NCBI GenBank assembly: GCA_026936335.1
Contig: JAPMXV010000008.1
Coordinates: 62,001-126,000 of the forward strand
Length of the DNA: 64,000 nucleotides
Source of the DNA: Mantamonas sphyraenae STR306
Lineage: Eukaryota > Protista > CRuMs
Direction of reading: 5' to 3'
Below, piece by piece: positions 31,401-42,539 of the stretch. A model generated the notes under the pieces. The model worked only from the letters and a program-made list of their open reading frames with translations. It did not search any database and was not told the origin of the DNA. Position 1 is the first letter of the stretch, and each line of letters opens with the position of its first letter. The translations under genes and the position numbers were made by a program.

Positions 31401-33638
31401 GAGGAAAGTGGTGAGTTTGCAGTCCATGAGGATCTGGAGCTGGAAGACGAGGAGGAAGAGAGTGAGGATGTTGGAAGCCTGCACTGGACGTATGCTCAAG
31501 GGGGTGAGGCTGAGGAAGAGGAAGAGGAAGAGAAGAATGGCGGTGTGGAGCTGCATCGGGGCAGAGCCACTTTCCAGATGGCACAGGAGGCACACACGGC
31601 CATGGTCGGACCGCGTCCGATGGGCCAGCGCGCAGTGCTGCGCACAGAAGATACGGTGGATGATCACGACGAGGAGGATTACAACGAGGAAGAGGAGTAT
31701 GAAGAAGAAGAGGAGGAGGAGGAGTATGACGAGGAAGAGATGGAGCGGCTGGTGGAGGAAGCCGAGTTGGAGGACGATCTGGACGATCTGGACTTGCTGA
31801 ACGAAACACTGCTGAATGCATCCAACATGGCAGTGGTGGATGGGGACGAGGCGGAGGACGAGTACGCGGTGTACGAAGATACCGACGAGGCAGAAATGAT
31901 CTACTTGGGTGGCGGGGCAGGCACACGTGCGAGCAGAAGCAGCAGCAGCAGTGGGTATGGTGGAAGCAGGAGTGGTGCACCAGAGACGAGGGATGTGGAC
32001 GAGGCCTTGCTGAACGCAAGTGTGTTTTCGTCGATGGATCCGGAGGAGCTGCAGGCGTTTGTCGAGGCCAGCAAGCGTGCACGGGGGAAGAAGCAGCAGC
32101 AAGGCAAAAGGAGGGAGAAGCAGCGTGAGAAGCGAGACAAGCGACGCAGTAGGAGGGGCAGGGCACGCGGACAGGGAAGGGCAAACGAGGACACAAGTCA
32201 AGTGGGTGCAAACCCGTTGTTTGAAGGGCAGTCGTACAGCGAGGAAGAGGAATGGGAAGAAGAGGGACAGGAGGAGGAGGGGGAGGAGGAGTGGGAAGAG
32301 GAGGAGGAGCAGATGGTGGACCAGGGCAGGCAGGGAAGCAAGACACGGTCTGGCAAGGGCAAAGGGAAATCCAAGGCAAGGGGCAGGGGCAAGCAGGGTG
32401 TGATGCTGGATCCAGAGAACATCAACATGCAAGACCTGATGACACTGCTGATGCTTGCCCAGAAGGCAGAGGGGACGCAAGGAGGGGCAAGCGCGGAGGG
32501 CGGGCTGGGGATGAATGCCAACTTTGGCGTCAACACAACCAAGCTGAATGCGATGGAACGGCAACAGTTTCAGATCAGCGCACTGCGAGACCAGCTGGAC
32601 GAGTTGACACGTGTGGTGCAGCAGGCACACCTGTTCTCAGTGTTTGGGGCACACATTCCAGCCGGCTTTGTGGAGAGCAAACTGCCGACGGCACTGCGGC
32701 TGGCCAAACGACACGAGAACCCTGACGCAGAGTATGAAGGGGAGGGCTTCTGGAAGGCAGATGCACCCAAGGAGCAGAAGCAGGATGCAGGAGCAGAGGC
32801 GAAAGAAGAGGAGCCGTCATCGGAGATGGTGGTGGTTGTGGAAGGCGACGAGGATGGTGATGATGAAGATGGTGATGGTGGGAACAGGAAGGAAGAGGAA
32901 GAGGCCAGTGTGGATGCTGAGGAGCTGGAGTACGACCGCAAGTTTACACAACGGTTGCAGCAGCATGCACAGGCGCTGGCAGCGATGTCTGAACAGGAGG
33001 AGAACGACGACGTGCTGCTGGACAACCTGCACCTGAACCAGCTGCAAGCCATGGAGGACGCCAGTGTGGCCGAGGAGGCTGCGTCGAGGCTGTCGATTCT
33101 GAGCGGGGGCTCGGGCACGTCGTGGACGAGTGCAAGCAGTGGATCCGGGTCCGAGGCTGTGCTGGACGACACGCGTCTGTCTGTGCGTGGCGTGCCATCG
33201 AAGGAACACGACAGGAGTGTGCAGCGGCTTCGGGACAGCGGCGAAAGCTCGATGGCAGGTGTGGATATCCCACGCATTGTGTACGAGTCGATGGGCGAGA
33301 GCAGCGACAGCGACAACTCGCTGTTGGAACACTACCTGAACGGGGACATGAGCGAAGGCGAGGAGGAGGACGGAGGTGTCCACGACGGTGGCTACGTGCT
33401 GCATGGGGACACCGACGACGAGGGCGACGATGGCGAAGCAGAAGCTCGTTTCAGCTTCGACATGGAGGACATGTCCCTGGATACGCGGGCGTACCTGGAG
33501 AAGTACGGTCTGTTGGGCGGTTTGGGGGTGGATGACTCGACAAAGGTGTCGTCAAGCAGCCTGGCCACGAAGCAGAGCGAAAACACGGTGGCGAATCCGG
33601 CTGAGCAAAGCATCCTGCCACGCAAGACCAAGGGCTGA
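28494..33638 (+). CDS. STIL: STIL/SAS-5/Ana2 centriole assembly protein
   Basis: STIL_N motifs FPLVRAMLWD and GFLTMDQTRKL..PLVGLWISG..VWA; coiled coil QQFQISALRDQL; STAN-like DIPRIVY and MSLDTRAYLEKYGL. Confidence 0.88.
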   Translation: MSMSMSVPIDTVRVPGKHEEDPKVLNVSRVNLSRRPRMDTTQVRVQSSSFHPLQEGASSSSSSSNERLSARSLSRSRIPKPSKVPSQHRRRRGEDAFKHARAGEWGAQPMAFGASRMTMGGEMEDDQGEGEDEDEEHVDKVEAWAAQTMQAKSGAKSALNADSRQTRSALHMTREERFRLKLEQSVQRSMESQEHSLRGGQQRGTLGSHHQAYAHSVATSSVFNAQAGIYGTGSSFFPESNSSSGGAGVGGAGGDNGNMRRREDARMGGGADEAEGHKQELEERRNREIAALLGHSVSESHHSNHTRARLEELDDVDNVNLRSVLVQNKRLFDEHIPRDAKYSEQYQESKERAAATQEALEEEGRQKMALETFTGVERVLRFPLVRAMLWDRTAQGAVEEVRAQLQVPAMQMRRAALAALYKHVAAHERRAARTGGVVEDGFVIGSLSVIDLLSTRDGSSRRYVSGASVQQEDQLQKYALHLSLDRLDTGKTVRVESRNGSGGNEGEGGATLSYQRVPSSKLPEEDVPVQLKVGESKEDATASFSVREYTMMMAQAAHRLTTRSSKPSSSQMGRIAELLNVSVKCVTHHGCADVPNGKMRVHGELMLPSLRLRLSVINCLRIVPTTLAKSLQAGGEYAGAGVTSGFLTMDQTRKLIPLLESDQKVYECPLVGLWISGITDVRHPLVWALSLKFLHSSKIRERVFMDNAAFLVLLYPSKSNMEIQGVKIGQPKLYDCHMDHAANAWQRFGFSELVDPLARSGGGGGGGGSGGGDVANFFFLPVTTDEDNRRFARAWRTLHQHQQRVAARKQRVEDIKAGVGVQGHTQDNGEGADDEEEATSSGSLNQTARLRKARMARKAKAEKRRQKRRGGAHRKDADVEEEATGDGSSKDKGKGKQETINWREMKVEEKRFDRKGNSELVQAARQLLEQQEEEPLDLDVSTLYGLEFRDEEEGEEEQEEEDEDEEEDEEESGEFAVHEDLELEDEEEESEDVGSLHWTYAQGGEAEEEEEEEKNGGVELHRGRATFQMAQEAHTAMVGPRPMGQRAVLRTEDTVDDHDEEDYNEEEEYEEEEEEEEYDEEEMERLVEEAELEDDLDDLDLLNETLLNASNMAVVDGDEAEDEYAVYEDTDEAEMIYLGGGAGTRASRSSSSSGYGGSRSGAPETRDVDEALLNASVFSSMDPEELQAFVEASKRARGKKQQQGKRREKQREKRDKRRSRRGRARGQGRANEDTSQVGANPLFEGQSYSEEEEWEEEGQEEEGEEEWEEEEEQMVDQGRQGSKTRSGKGKGKSKARGRGKQGVMLDPENINMQDLMTLLMLAQKAEGTQGGASAEGGLGMNANFGVNTTKLNAMERQQFQISALRDQLDELTRVVQQAHLFSVFGAHIPAGFVESKLPTALRLAKRHENPDAEYEGEGFWKADAPKEQKQDAGAEAKEEEPSSEMVVVVEGDEDGDDEDGDGGNRKEEEEASVDAEELEYDRKFTQRLQQHAQALAAMSEQEENDDVLLDNLHLNQLQAMEDASVAEEAASRLSILSGGSGTSWTSASSGSGSEAVLDDTRLSVRGVPSKEHDRSVQRLRDSGESSMAGVDIPRIVYESMGESSDSDNSLLEHYLNGDMSEGEEEDGGVHDGGYVLHGDTDDEGDDGEAEARFSFDMEDMSLDTRAYLEKYGLLGGLGVDDSTKVSSSSLATKQSENTVANPAEQSILPRKTKG

Positions 33639-33728
33639 GTGGAGGGGTGAACCCAAGCGAGTGAGGAAATGAAGTCCTTGCCAAGCATCGTGTGCGTTCC
33701 ATTGGTTTGTGCTCCCGCCATGGCCACG

Positions 33729-35307
33729 TCACAGTGTGGTGTCACTATGGAGAGCGCCGAGCGAAGCCATCAGCTTGGCAATGGCCGCCCAGTCCAGGAA
33801 GGGCAGGTCGTGCAGGAGATGGGCCATGAGAGGCTGCAAGACAAGCATGCGTTCTTGGCACCAGTATGCGGGTTGGACACGCAAAGCAGCGTCTGTGTCT
33901 TGGAGGATGCGAAGGGTGATTGAGGCAGCGGTGTCTGCCACCAGGCGCTGTTGTGGGGTGGTGTCGCGAGATGGCAAGTGGCGCAGGAGCTGGAGGAGTA
34001 CAGTAAGGACATCGACGATGTGCTTGGCATCGCCGTGGTCGTCCACAGGCTGAGCCCAGAACGCATCCGATGCCACGGTGCGCATGGCACGTTTGGCGAT
34101 TGCTTCGGATTCGCTGAGGATCATGCGAGCAATCGCCGCACGTGCATGGAGCAGATGTTCCTTGGAAGTGAGCACATGCTCCATAGCCAGCTTGCGCACA
34201 CGCTGGCTGGCGTCGTGCTGCATCAGATCCACAAACAGGGTCGTGCTGTCGGTCAAATGCTCCTCGACTTTGATGAGCGCATGACACATCTGCATGCGCA
34301 CGGATGCGTGTCTCGGAAACCCGTACTCAGAGTGGATGCAACGCATCAACGCGCCTGCAAGCGCTTCCTGCCCGCTGCAGGCAAAGCGAAGCAGATCGAT
34401 CCGGCAGTCGTTTGGCAGCATTGTTGCAGGCGCGTGCAACACTACCACAGGCCAGTGGTTCTGCACGACACGAGCCCAAAGCGATTGTGACGACGAAGAT
34501 GCCATGCAAACGCGCACAAACGCACACAGCGCGTTGTCTGTGCCGGACAGCAGTTTCGCTCCAAACACGACCTCGGGCAGCCGGCTCTGCAGGCCCGCGG
34601 TAAGGATGGCTGCGTTCACTGAACTCACACGTCGTCGTTCCAGCAACAAGGCAACGAGGGCATCCACCCGCTCCAAGTACGCGCTGGCATCGACATCCAC
34701 CAGCCGTTGGCAGATGAGCCAGATCATCCGTCCCAGATCTGCGCGGCGTGTCAGCATCCACACACTCTCAAAACCCCAAACTCACCCCGATGCTCCAATA
34801 CTCACACATGCTGGCAGTGAGGGCATCCGCGCCACCAGCTACGGACCAGAACCAGAGGGCGATTCGCTTGAAATCCGTGTCAGGATCGCGCGATTCCTGA
34901 CTGCGCAGCTCGTCGCACGCCTTGAGCAACCATGCACGACGTACAGTCGCACGCATGTGACAAAACATGGAGTAGCACACGGCCGCGTCGATATGGGCAG
35001 ACAGAGTGGCGACCAAGACGTCGGTAGCAAAGGCGACAGCATGGCTGCAGCTGGCGGCCAGGTGATCCTGCATCCACGTATGCAATTCGAGCAAACGCGC
35101 ACCCACTCTCACGGCGTCGTCTTGCAACACCTTGCCCTTGCGCAGCACAAGTACAAAGTCCTGCGTTAGGATCTCCACGGGGCATTCTCCTGTACATTCC
35201 TTGTTCGAGCTGCACCCAGCGGCACACTCGTCTTCCACCACGTGTTCCTTGAACGCGGCCACGGCCGAGTTCAACCACTCGGCCAGTTCGGCGGCGGCGG
35301 CACTCAT
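33729..35307 (-). CDS. Hypothetical alpha-helical (HEAT/ARM-like) protein, 2 exons
   Basis: ORFs 34768-35307 and 33729-34763 are joined in frame by a gtgagt..gctgac..gcag intron; Leu/Ala-rich helical sequence. Confidence 0.65.
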
Positions 35308-35316
35308 TTCTGTGCC

Positions 35317-35886
35317 CTACACAGATTTTTCTTGCGACCCCACGCGCTCCCCGTCCTTTTCGTCGTCCCCTTCGTCAAGCCCCAGGCGACTGTTGAGCTG
35401 CGCTGCAACATCGCGAATGTCTCCCCTGCGCAGGAGTTGCCGTGCGCTGACGACAACGGGTTGTGTGCGACCTCGAACGCGCATCTGCAGCTGCACGCCC
35501 TGTCCCTTGGACAACGACGTCTCCACCTCTTGGATATCCTGCACGTCGCCTTCATACACAACCTGTGAGTTGTGGTCGACGGACAGCCAGCCACGACGAA
35601 CAGTGACGCGGCCGCGGTCGATCCGGATTCGGAAAACAGGCCGCACGACAATCCACAGCAGCACAAGGATGATGGGAAGACCCAGGACGTCCATCAGACC
35701 AAATCCACCGCCGAAATCGCACACAAGCGGGTTCCTGTTTGTCTCGTTGCCAAAGCAGAGGGCAAAAGTGATGGCAAAGTTTGTTGCGGCAACCAACACC
35801 GCCAGCAAGACACCGAGCACACGTTCCTCCACAGGCACACTCTCCAACTCGAGCAACACCAGCGAATTCTGCAGTTCCTTCCACAT
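35317..35886 (-). CDS. 2-TM + PH-like domain protein, EROS/CYBC1-like
   Basis: N-terminal strand, two TM helices, then RIDRGRVTVRR..GDVQDIQEV..GQGVQLQMRV..DIRDVAAQLNSRLGL. Confidence 0.5.
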   Translation of the reverse strand: MWKELQNSLVLLELESVPVEERVLGVLLAVLVAATNFAITFALCFGNETNRNPLVCDFGGGFGLMDVLGLPIILVLLWIVVRPVFRIRIDRGRVTVRRGWLSVDHNSQVVYEGDVQDIQEVETSLSKGQGVQLQMRVRGRTQPVVVSARQLLRRGDIRDVAAQLNSRLGLDEGDDEKDGERVGSQEKSV

Positions 35887-35954
35887 GTGGGCGTGCAGGA
35901 AAATGGAGTTTTGTTTGCGTTGGCGGGCGTTTCTCGTCCGTTTCATTTCTCTGC

Positions 35955-37894
35955 TCACGCCATGTTCATGAGCAGCAGATCGGGGTTCTCCAGGTAGCTG
36001 CGCCAGAGGTTAGAATAGCGTGCGACGGTGGCGCCGTCGAGGACGCGATGGTCGGCAGAGAAGCTTGCGTTGACGATGCGCACGGGCACGACGTTGTCGT
36101 TCTCGTCAAAGCGAGGCACACGCTGCATGCGTCCGAGGGCGACAATGGCGACGGTGGGCGGAAGGATGACCGGGTTGAGGTAGGTGCCTCCCACGTTGCC
36201 AATGTTGCTGATGGTAAAGGTGCCGCCTGTGAGATCGGCGGGACCCAACTTGTTCTGCGAGCCGAGCTGCTGCAGACGATTGAGCTCGCTGGCAATTTCC
36301 AGGATGCTCAGATCTTGCACGTTCTTGACACTGGGCACAAGCAGGCCCCCAGGCGTATCCATGGCCACCGAGATGTTGTGGGAGCCCTTGTAGGTGATCT
36401 GGGTGCACTCCTCGTTCGTGTGTGCGTTGAGCTCGGGAAACTGCTTCAGCGCCGTGCTCGCCGCCTTGATAATGAACGGCATCATGGACAGGCGGATGCC
36501 CTCCTCCTCCGCCATGGGCTTCATCTTGGCTCGCAGTGCGTGCAGTTCGTCAAACACAAACTCGTCGCTGTAACCAAAGTGCGGGATCTTCAGTGCCTTG
36601 GCCATGCTCGACACCATTGCCTTTTGCACACCGCTCACATTGACCACACGGTCTTCCCTCGGCGTGTACACGGGCGCCTGCTTCGCCGTGCCACTCTCCT
36701 GTGTCTGTGCAGCGGAGGACGACGACGACGAGGCACCGGCGGCGGCGGCGCGCGGCGCCGGTGCTGGCGCTGCTCGTCTCCTCACCGCCGCTTTCCAGGA
36801 ACCTCAACACATCCTCCTTGAGCACACGTCCCTTCTTGCCCGTGGCCGGCACAAAGGCCAGGTCGATGCCGTGCTGTCGTGCAAGGTGTCGTGTGGCCGG
36901 CGTGGCCAGCACCTTGCCGCCTTCGCCTGCCACCGATCCCGCACCTCCAGAGGATGCTTCGCTCACAGAAGGAGCAGATGATGATGATGATGATGATGAT
37001 GATGACGATGATGATGATGACGAGTCACTTTCAGCCTGTTTGGGAGCCTGACCCTTGAGGAGTTCCTTTGCGTCTGCTTCGCTGAGCTGGATGTCCACCA
37101 GTGGGGCACCGACGGCCTGCATGTCACCCTCACCGTTGTAGAGCTTGGTGACGACGCCGTCGTAGCGGCAGGAGATGTCCACATTTGCCTTGTCCGATTG
37201 CACCTCGCACAGCTTGTCAAACTGCTTCACCGTGTCGCCCTCCTTCACAAACCACTCCACAATCTCCACCTCGGCAATGCCCTCGCCAATGTCCGACAGC
37301 AGAAACTTAATCACTCCGTTGCTGTCCGGCAGCTGCGGTGCACCTGCGGCTGCCTTGCGCTCCAGCGCAGTGTGGAATGCGCTGCGATCAAACTGCCCCA
37401 CGGGTGTGTGTGTGAGTGTGTGTGTGTGTCAGCACATGCAACGCATGATCCCTCCCCGCCCACCTGTGTGTGCTGTGTTCTCTGTCCCTGGCTGTGTCTA
37501 TGTGCGTGTGTGCTGCCTCTGCTGGGGCAAAACCCCGTGGAGAGGGGAAAAGCTTCCGACGACCGAGTGCTTGTGGTGGTGGGGGGCACACACGCACACA
37601 CAAACACACCACACGCACACAGGCTGTGCGCTATGAACAGTTACTTACAGTGGCGCCTGCGAGACGGGGTGCCGAGGCAGCGAGCATGGAGCTGGCACTG
37701 CGGGAGGCTGTGACAAGAGTTGCCGGACGGGAGCTGGCGGCGGCGAGGTGCATCGGACGGACCTGCCGTTGGGCCGTGCCACGTGCACTCTGCTGCACCA
37801 GTTGTGACTGCATGCGCACTGCACCCTTGCTGTCACTCAGGGTCACACGCACTGCCTGCTTTGCCACACGACGGATGGGTTGACGAGAAAACAT
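35955..37894 (-). CDS. DBT: Branched-chain alpha-keto acid dehydrogenase E2 (frameshift ~36750)
   Basis: LSDIGEGIAEV..EVQSDKA lipoyl domain; LATPATRHLA subunit-binding domain; ADHRVLDGA catalytic motif; mitochondrial presequence. Confidence 0.95.
36978..37021. repeat. (GAT)n trinucleotide tract encoding the poly-Ser linker of DBT
   Basis: Direct sequence; similar coding tracts at about 20985-21033 and 26087-26123. Confidence 0.9.
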
Positions 37895-37945
37895 GGGGTC
37901 GCGTTTCGGTGGCTGCAGAGCGTCCACAACCAAACCCGCTCACAC

Positions 37946-40062
37946 ATGTCTCGTCGCTCCAGTCGCTCGCAGCGACGCAAGACCAAGGACCTGGCGAGTT
38001 CGGTGGACATCGAGTACACCAACCCGTTCAAGATGCCCGACGACGTGGAGCTGTTTGAAGCGCGGTCTCGCGAGCGGGCAGAACGTGAGCGACAACGCAA
38101 GGAGATGGCTCAGTTCTCCGTCATCGAAAAGACCACCAAGAGCTCAGAGATTGCATCCAACCGCTTCAAGCTGGACATCAACATCAAGGTAAGGACGGTG
38201 GTGGGCAGGGCCACAGGAGGGAGGGGGAGCTAGTGAGGGGAACACACAGCTACAGAAGCAAGAAAGTCGGGCACGCCGCTCGCCGGCAGCCGTTGCCAAC
38301 CCGATCCCCTCCCCACGGCTCATTCCACTCGCCACACACGTCTACTCACACCACCGCGTGCATACAGTCGCCACATCGCACGTCACAGGGACGCCCTCAT
38401 GCACGTTTCAAGGGGATGCCGGACGAGGACGACGAGCTGGACGACGAGGAAGCCGAGCTGGAAATCCAGGCTGAGGCCTCCAAGCACGAACGGCGCCGAG
38501 AAAAGGAGAATCTGGCCGACTTTATCGACAAGAAGCGACAGATGTTTCATGTGCAGATGTCACTCAACACCAAACTGGAAGAGGTGAGTGTGGAGAGAGC
38601 GTTGAGGAGCAGCAAAGGCCGGACAAAGGGGCGGCCAGAGGTGACCGTTGCTGACCTCGCTTGTGGAACAATCGCAGATTGCCAAGCTGGAGGCGCTGGC
38701 GGCCAAGCGCGACAAGGAGCTGCAGTACAACGAACAGATGTTGAACCAAGATGCCGTACGCTTCGACACCTTTCTCAAAGACAACGACAAACGGGCAGAG
38801 ACGGCGCAAAAGAGGTGAGCTCATCGCTGGGTGGGATTTTGTGCCAGAGTCACGTCGAGCATGGTCAAGCACATTACATGCTCACACACATGAACACACA
38901 CACACACTGCCGCCTGTCATCCACTCTCAGTGCGGAGCTGGAAACGAAAAAGAAGCTGGAGAAGTACCAGCTGATCAAGAAGCTGAACAGTGAGATTCTT
39001 GCCATCCAAAGTGAAATCAGCAAGTACGACGAGGACATCAACGAGTGTGCAGAGTACAAACGGTTCCTTGATCGCATGACACCGAGCGAGTGGAAGAAGC
39101 AGCAGGCAGACCTGCGCGCACAGCGAAGGCAATTCCGCAAGGAGCAGGCTCAGCTGGAGCGTGACGAGCTGCGACGCACACGGCGCCAGGAGCGCAAGGC
39201 AAGGGCGAGAAACAACAACGAGGAGGACAACAATGATGAGGAGTACGACGGCGAGGAGGAGGAGGAGGAGGAAGCGGAAGGGGAAGGGGAGGACGAAGAC
39301 GAGGAGGAGTACGAGGACGAATACGAGGAGGAGGAAACAGAATGGGATTCGGACGAAGAGCTGCCTCTGTACTTTACGGAACCCAAACAGCTGCTGAACA
39401 AGTTCCAGGAGCTGGAGGAGCGCAACCTGTTTCTGATTGTCAAGTCGCAGGAGACGGAGGAGCAGCTGGAAGACCTGAAGAGCAAATTTAAAGACCAGCA
39501 GGAACGCATGCATGCAGAGACAATGCAGCTGGAGGCACAGATCGGCAAGCTGGAGGAGCAGATTGAGAGGGAAAACGCAAAGGGCACCCAGCTGCGTGCC
39601 CTGTCGCAGGGCAAGAACAAGAATGTGGAGAAGCAGGAGGCAACGCTGGAGGAGCTGCGAAGCAAAGTGGCAGAGGTGTACAGGGCATGTGGTGCAGAGG
39701 AGGTGAACATCGACGTGATCCCCACCATCCAGATGCTGGCCAAGGTGGAAACACGCCTGGAGGAGCTGCTGAACATCATCCGGGCCCTGCCCGAGGACGA
39801 GTTCAAGGCTGCCATGCGCGTCAAGGAAAAGTTCCGAAGGCAGCAGCTGCGCAAGTCGCTCAAGGAAGAGGAGCGCAAGATGCAGGAGGGCCGCATCAAG
39901 CGCGCCCTCGAGCGTGCGCATGCACCTGTCAAGAAGCACGTGGGCAAACCCGTCATGTTCCGCAGCAAGCCTCCGCCCAAACGCACCAAGAAGAAGCAGG
40001 ACCGCGACGCAATTCGAAAGCAGAAGGAGGAAGAAGAGGACATTCGTGATTTCTTCACGTGA
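37946..40062 (+). CDS. CFAP100: Cilia- and flagella-associated protein 100 (CCDC37/MIA1), multi-exon
   Basis: NPFKMP, FIDKKRQMF, DAVRFDTFLKDND, LYFTEPKQLL..ELEERNLFLI and GKPVMFRS motifs. Confidence 0.9.
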
Positions 40063-40168
40063 TGGTCCTGTTTGCGCAAATGAACGAGCAACATTCGCTG
40101 TCGCTGGTGACAAAATGGAAGTGATTGAGTGTGTGTTTCATAACGTGTGTGTGTCCAGTTTCCAGTGC

Positions 40169-42423
40169 TCAGAAATCGCCAATGAGATCTGCCAGATCAT
40201 CATCGTCGTCAAAGTCACCCGAAGCGCCAGCATCGGCTGAAGAGGCGTCGGCTGCGGTTGAGAAGCCCGAGGCAGCGGCGAGGTCGTCGTCGCTGATGGG
40301 CAAGGGGTAAAACTCGGGAGGGAAGGCACAGCCAAAGACCTCCTCCTCGCGGTTGGCCTTGAAATCGAGCCAGTCGACGGGAGTCATGTCTGTGTGCTGG
40401 ACGAGGATGTGCTCGGGCCTGTTGAACAGCTGAAAGTCGTCGTCCTTCCAATGCTTCTTGCTGAGCTTGATGGAGGCGTACACGGGCCTGTAGTACACGC
40501 CGTCCTCGCGGCTGACAAAGACAAACGAGCGTTTGGTGTCGTTGCCCGTGGTGGGTTTGATGTTGTACGCACGGATCCACTCCTGTTCCACAGCTTCCAC
40601 CTCGGTGGGTTCGCCGTCCTCGCCCGTGAGGCTGACTCGCTGCTTCTTGCGCGTGGGCTGCAGCAGCGCCACAAACTCGCTGGCGCCGTCGCCGCTGGGG
40701 TCTTCGTACTGAAAGGCACGCAGCACAGGCTCCGCTGCACTGTCCAGATCGACGGCGTCCTCGGGCAGGTTGATTTCGTCAAAGGTAAATTGGTAGTAGG
40801 GGACTCCCGAGTGCTCAAAGTCCGGCTTCAGCCACTGTACGCTCTCTGCCTTGAGGTGCGGCTTGGTGGGATGCTTCACCTCTGCCCGTGCCTGCTCAAA
40901 CGACTGCTCGATCTCTGCACACAGGTCCTCAAACGACGGCAACGCCTCCTGTCGGTTGCGCTTGCGCGTGCGCACCTTGCTCCCACCCTCTTCATCCTCA
41001 TCTGCTTCTGCCCCATCCTCCTGCTGGCTTGTCCTGCGACGACGTGCGGTGCGTGCCAGCGTACGTGTCTCCTCGCCCATCTTTGTCGCCTCCTCCAGCA
41101 GCTGCCGGTAGTCCGTTTGCTGCACCTGCTCGTACTCACCCGTGAGGTACTGCGTCTTTCGCAGCCATGCCACGTTCTGCGACACCAACTCGCCACGCCG
41201 TTCAAATGCCTGCTTGCCACGCACCGAGTTGGCTCCCCGCTTGCTCGTCAGTTCCTTCTCGTCCACCAGCAGCGCTTCGTCCTCGGGTGCCATCTTGATC
41301 TTGCGGCCCCCCGCCCCGCTCCCGCTCCCGCTGCCTACGCCGCTGCCACCTGTGCCCACGCCGTGTCCGCCGTCATCGTCTGTGCGTGCGTCCTCGTCGT
41401 CGCGGTACTTCCATGGGTCCACAAGTGAGATGGGAACGCCAAGATTGCGCCGGTGGTGCACCACGTAGTTGTATCGTGCCTCCAGGCCCTGGCTCTGGTA
41501 TTCGATGAACTGACGTGCGTCCAGTGGATACTTCAGAAACTTTGATTCAAACGGGAGCGGCGGAAGTGTGTTGCGAAAGTCGATGTTGCACCGAAACTCG
41601 GTTGCCTCTCTGTGTGGTTAGAATAGGGTGTGTGTGTGTGTGTGAGAGGGTGGGTGTGAGTGTGCGAGTGGGTGGGTGTGCTTGTGTGTGTGTGTTGGTG
41701 GTGGCCAACAACGTGGCTCATTCGAGATGCACGGTGCAGCTGTGTGTTCAGGGGCTGACGTGCATGCCCAGCGCGCGTGTGATTGTTTCTTCCACGCCTG
41801 TGCACTTACTTGAGACTGTTAGGTTGCTCTGAGAGCGGGATAAAGGCACCTGCCTTCTTGGCCAGCTTGTCGCGCTTCCTCTTGCCCTCTCGACGCTGGC
41901 GTTCCAGCATACGCTTGCGTTCCTTTGTGCGTCGCTCGAGCTCGCGTTTCTCCTTTTCCTCTCGCAGGCGCTTCAGCTCCTCCGTGTCCACCTCCACATC
42001 CATACTGCCGTCGCCTGACTTGCCACGTTGCTGTTCATGCTCCTCCGCACTCACGTAGTACGGCTTGGCCGGCTCGTCCTGGTAGAACGGCTGCGCGGGC
42101 TCGTCGTACTCCCGCCCTCCGTAGCCGCCACCACCTCCTGCGCTTCCGCCTCCTCCCATTCCCATGCCTCCTCCTCCTCCGCCGCCGCCACCGTATCCGC
42201 TGCCCATGGATGACGTCTGCCCTGCAGCCTGCATTCCATACGATTGTCCGCCCGCCTGCATGCCGTAGGCCTGCATCGGTTGCTGGCCGTTCATCGACTG
42301 GAACCGCGGCGGTTGCCCTCCCTGTGCTGCTCCATACCCGGGTGGTCCCTGGCCGTAGCCACGCTGTTGCTGACCCGGTGGTGGGCCTTGCTGCTGCCAC
42401 GACTGCTGTCCTCCTCGGTTCAT
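40169..42423 (-). CDS. PAF1: RNA polymerase II-associated factor 1
   Basis: IDFRNTLP..KFL, LGVPISLVD, EDEALL, VAWLRKTQY, IEQSF and HPTKPHL..PDF motifs. Confidence 0.9.
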
Positions 42424-42539
42424 CTTCGGTCGCAGCTGAGGGGTGGAGAGAGGCGAGTTCAAGTTGGCAAACCCGCGCCACTCCACCCAGTCCCGGAGAA
42501 CCGCGCACACATCCATCCTCAGAACCGACGCGCGCGCGA

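Noticed and set aside
14880-36760. Repeated frameshifts in conserved genes (SETD4 ~14890, QTRT2 ~18925, STAND gene ~20485/23775/28380, DBT ~36750) as programmed frameshifting, RNA editing or pseudogenes
   Set aside because: They share no slippery motif, go in mixed directions, mostly sit in short homopolymers or GC repeats, and hit essential genes. Long-read indel errors explain them best; polishing would confirm.
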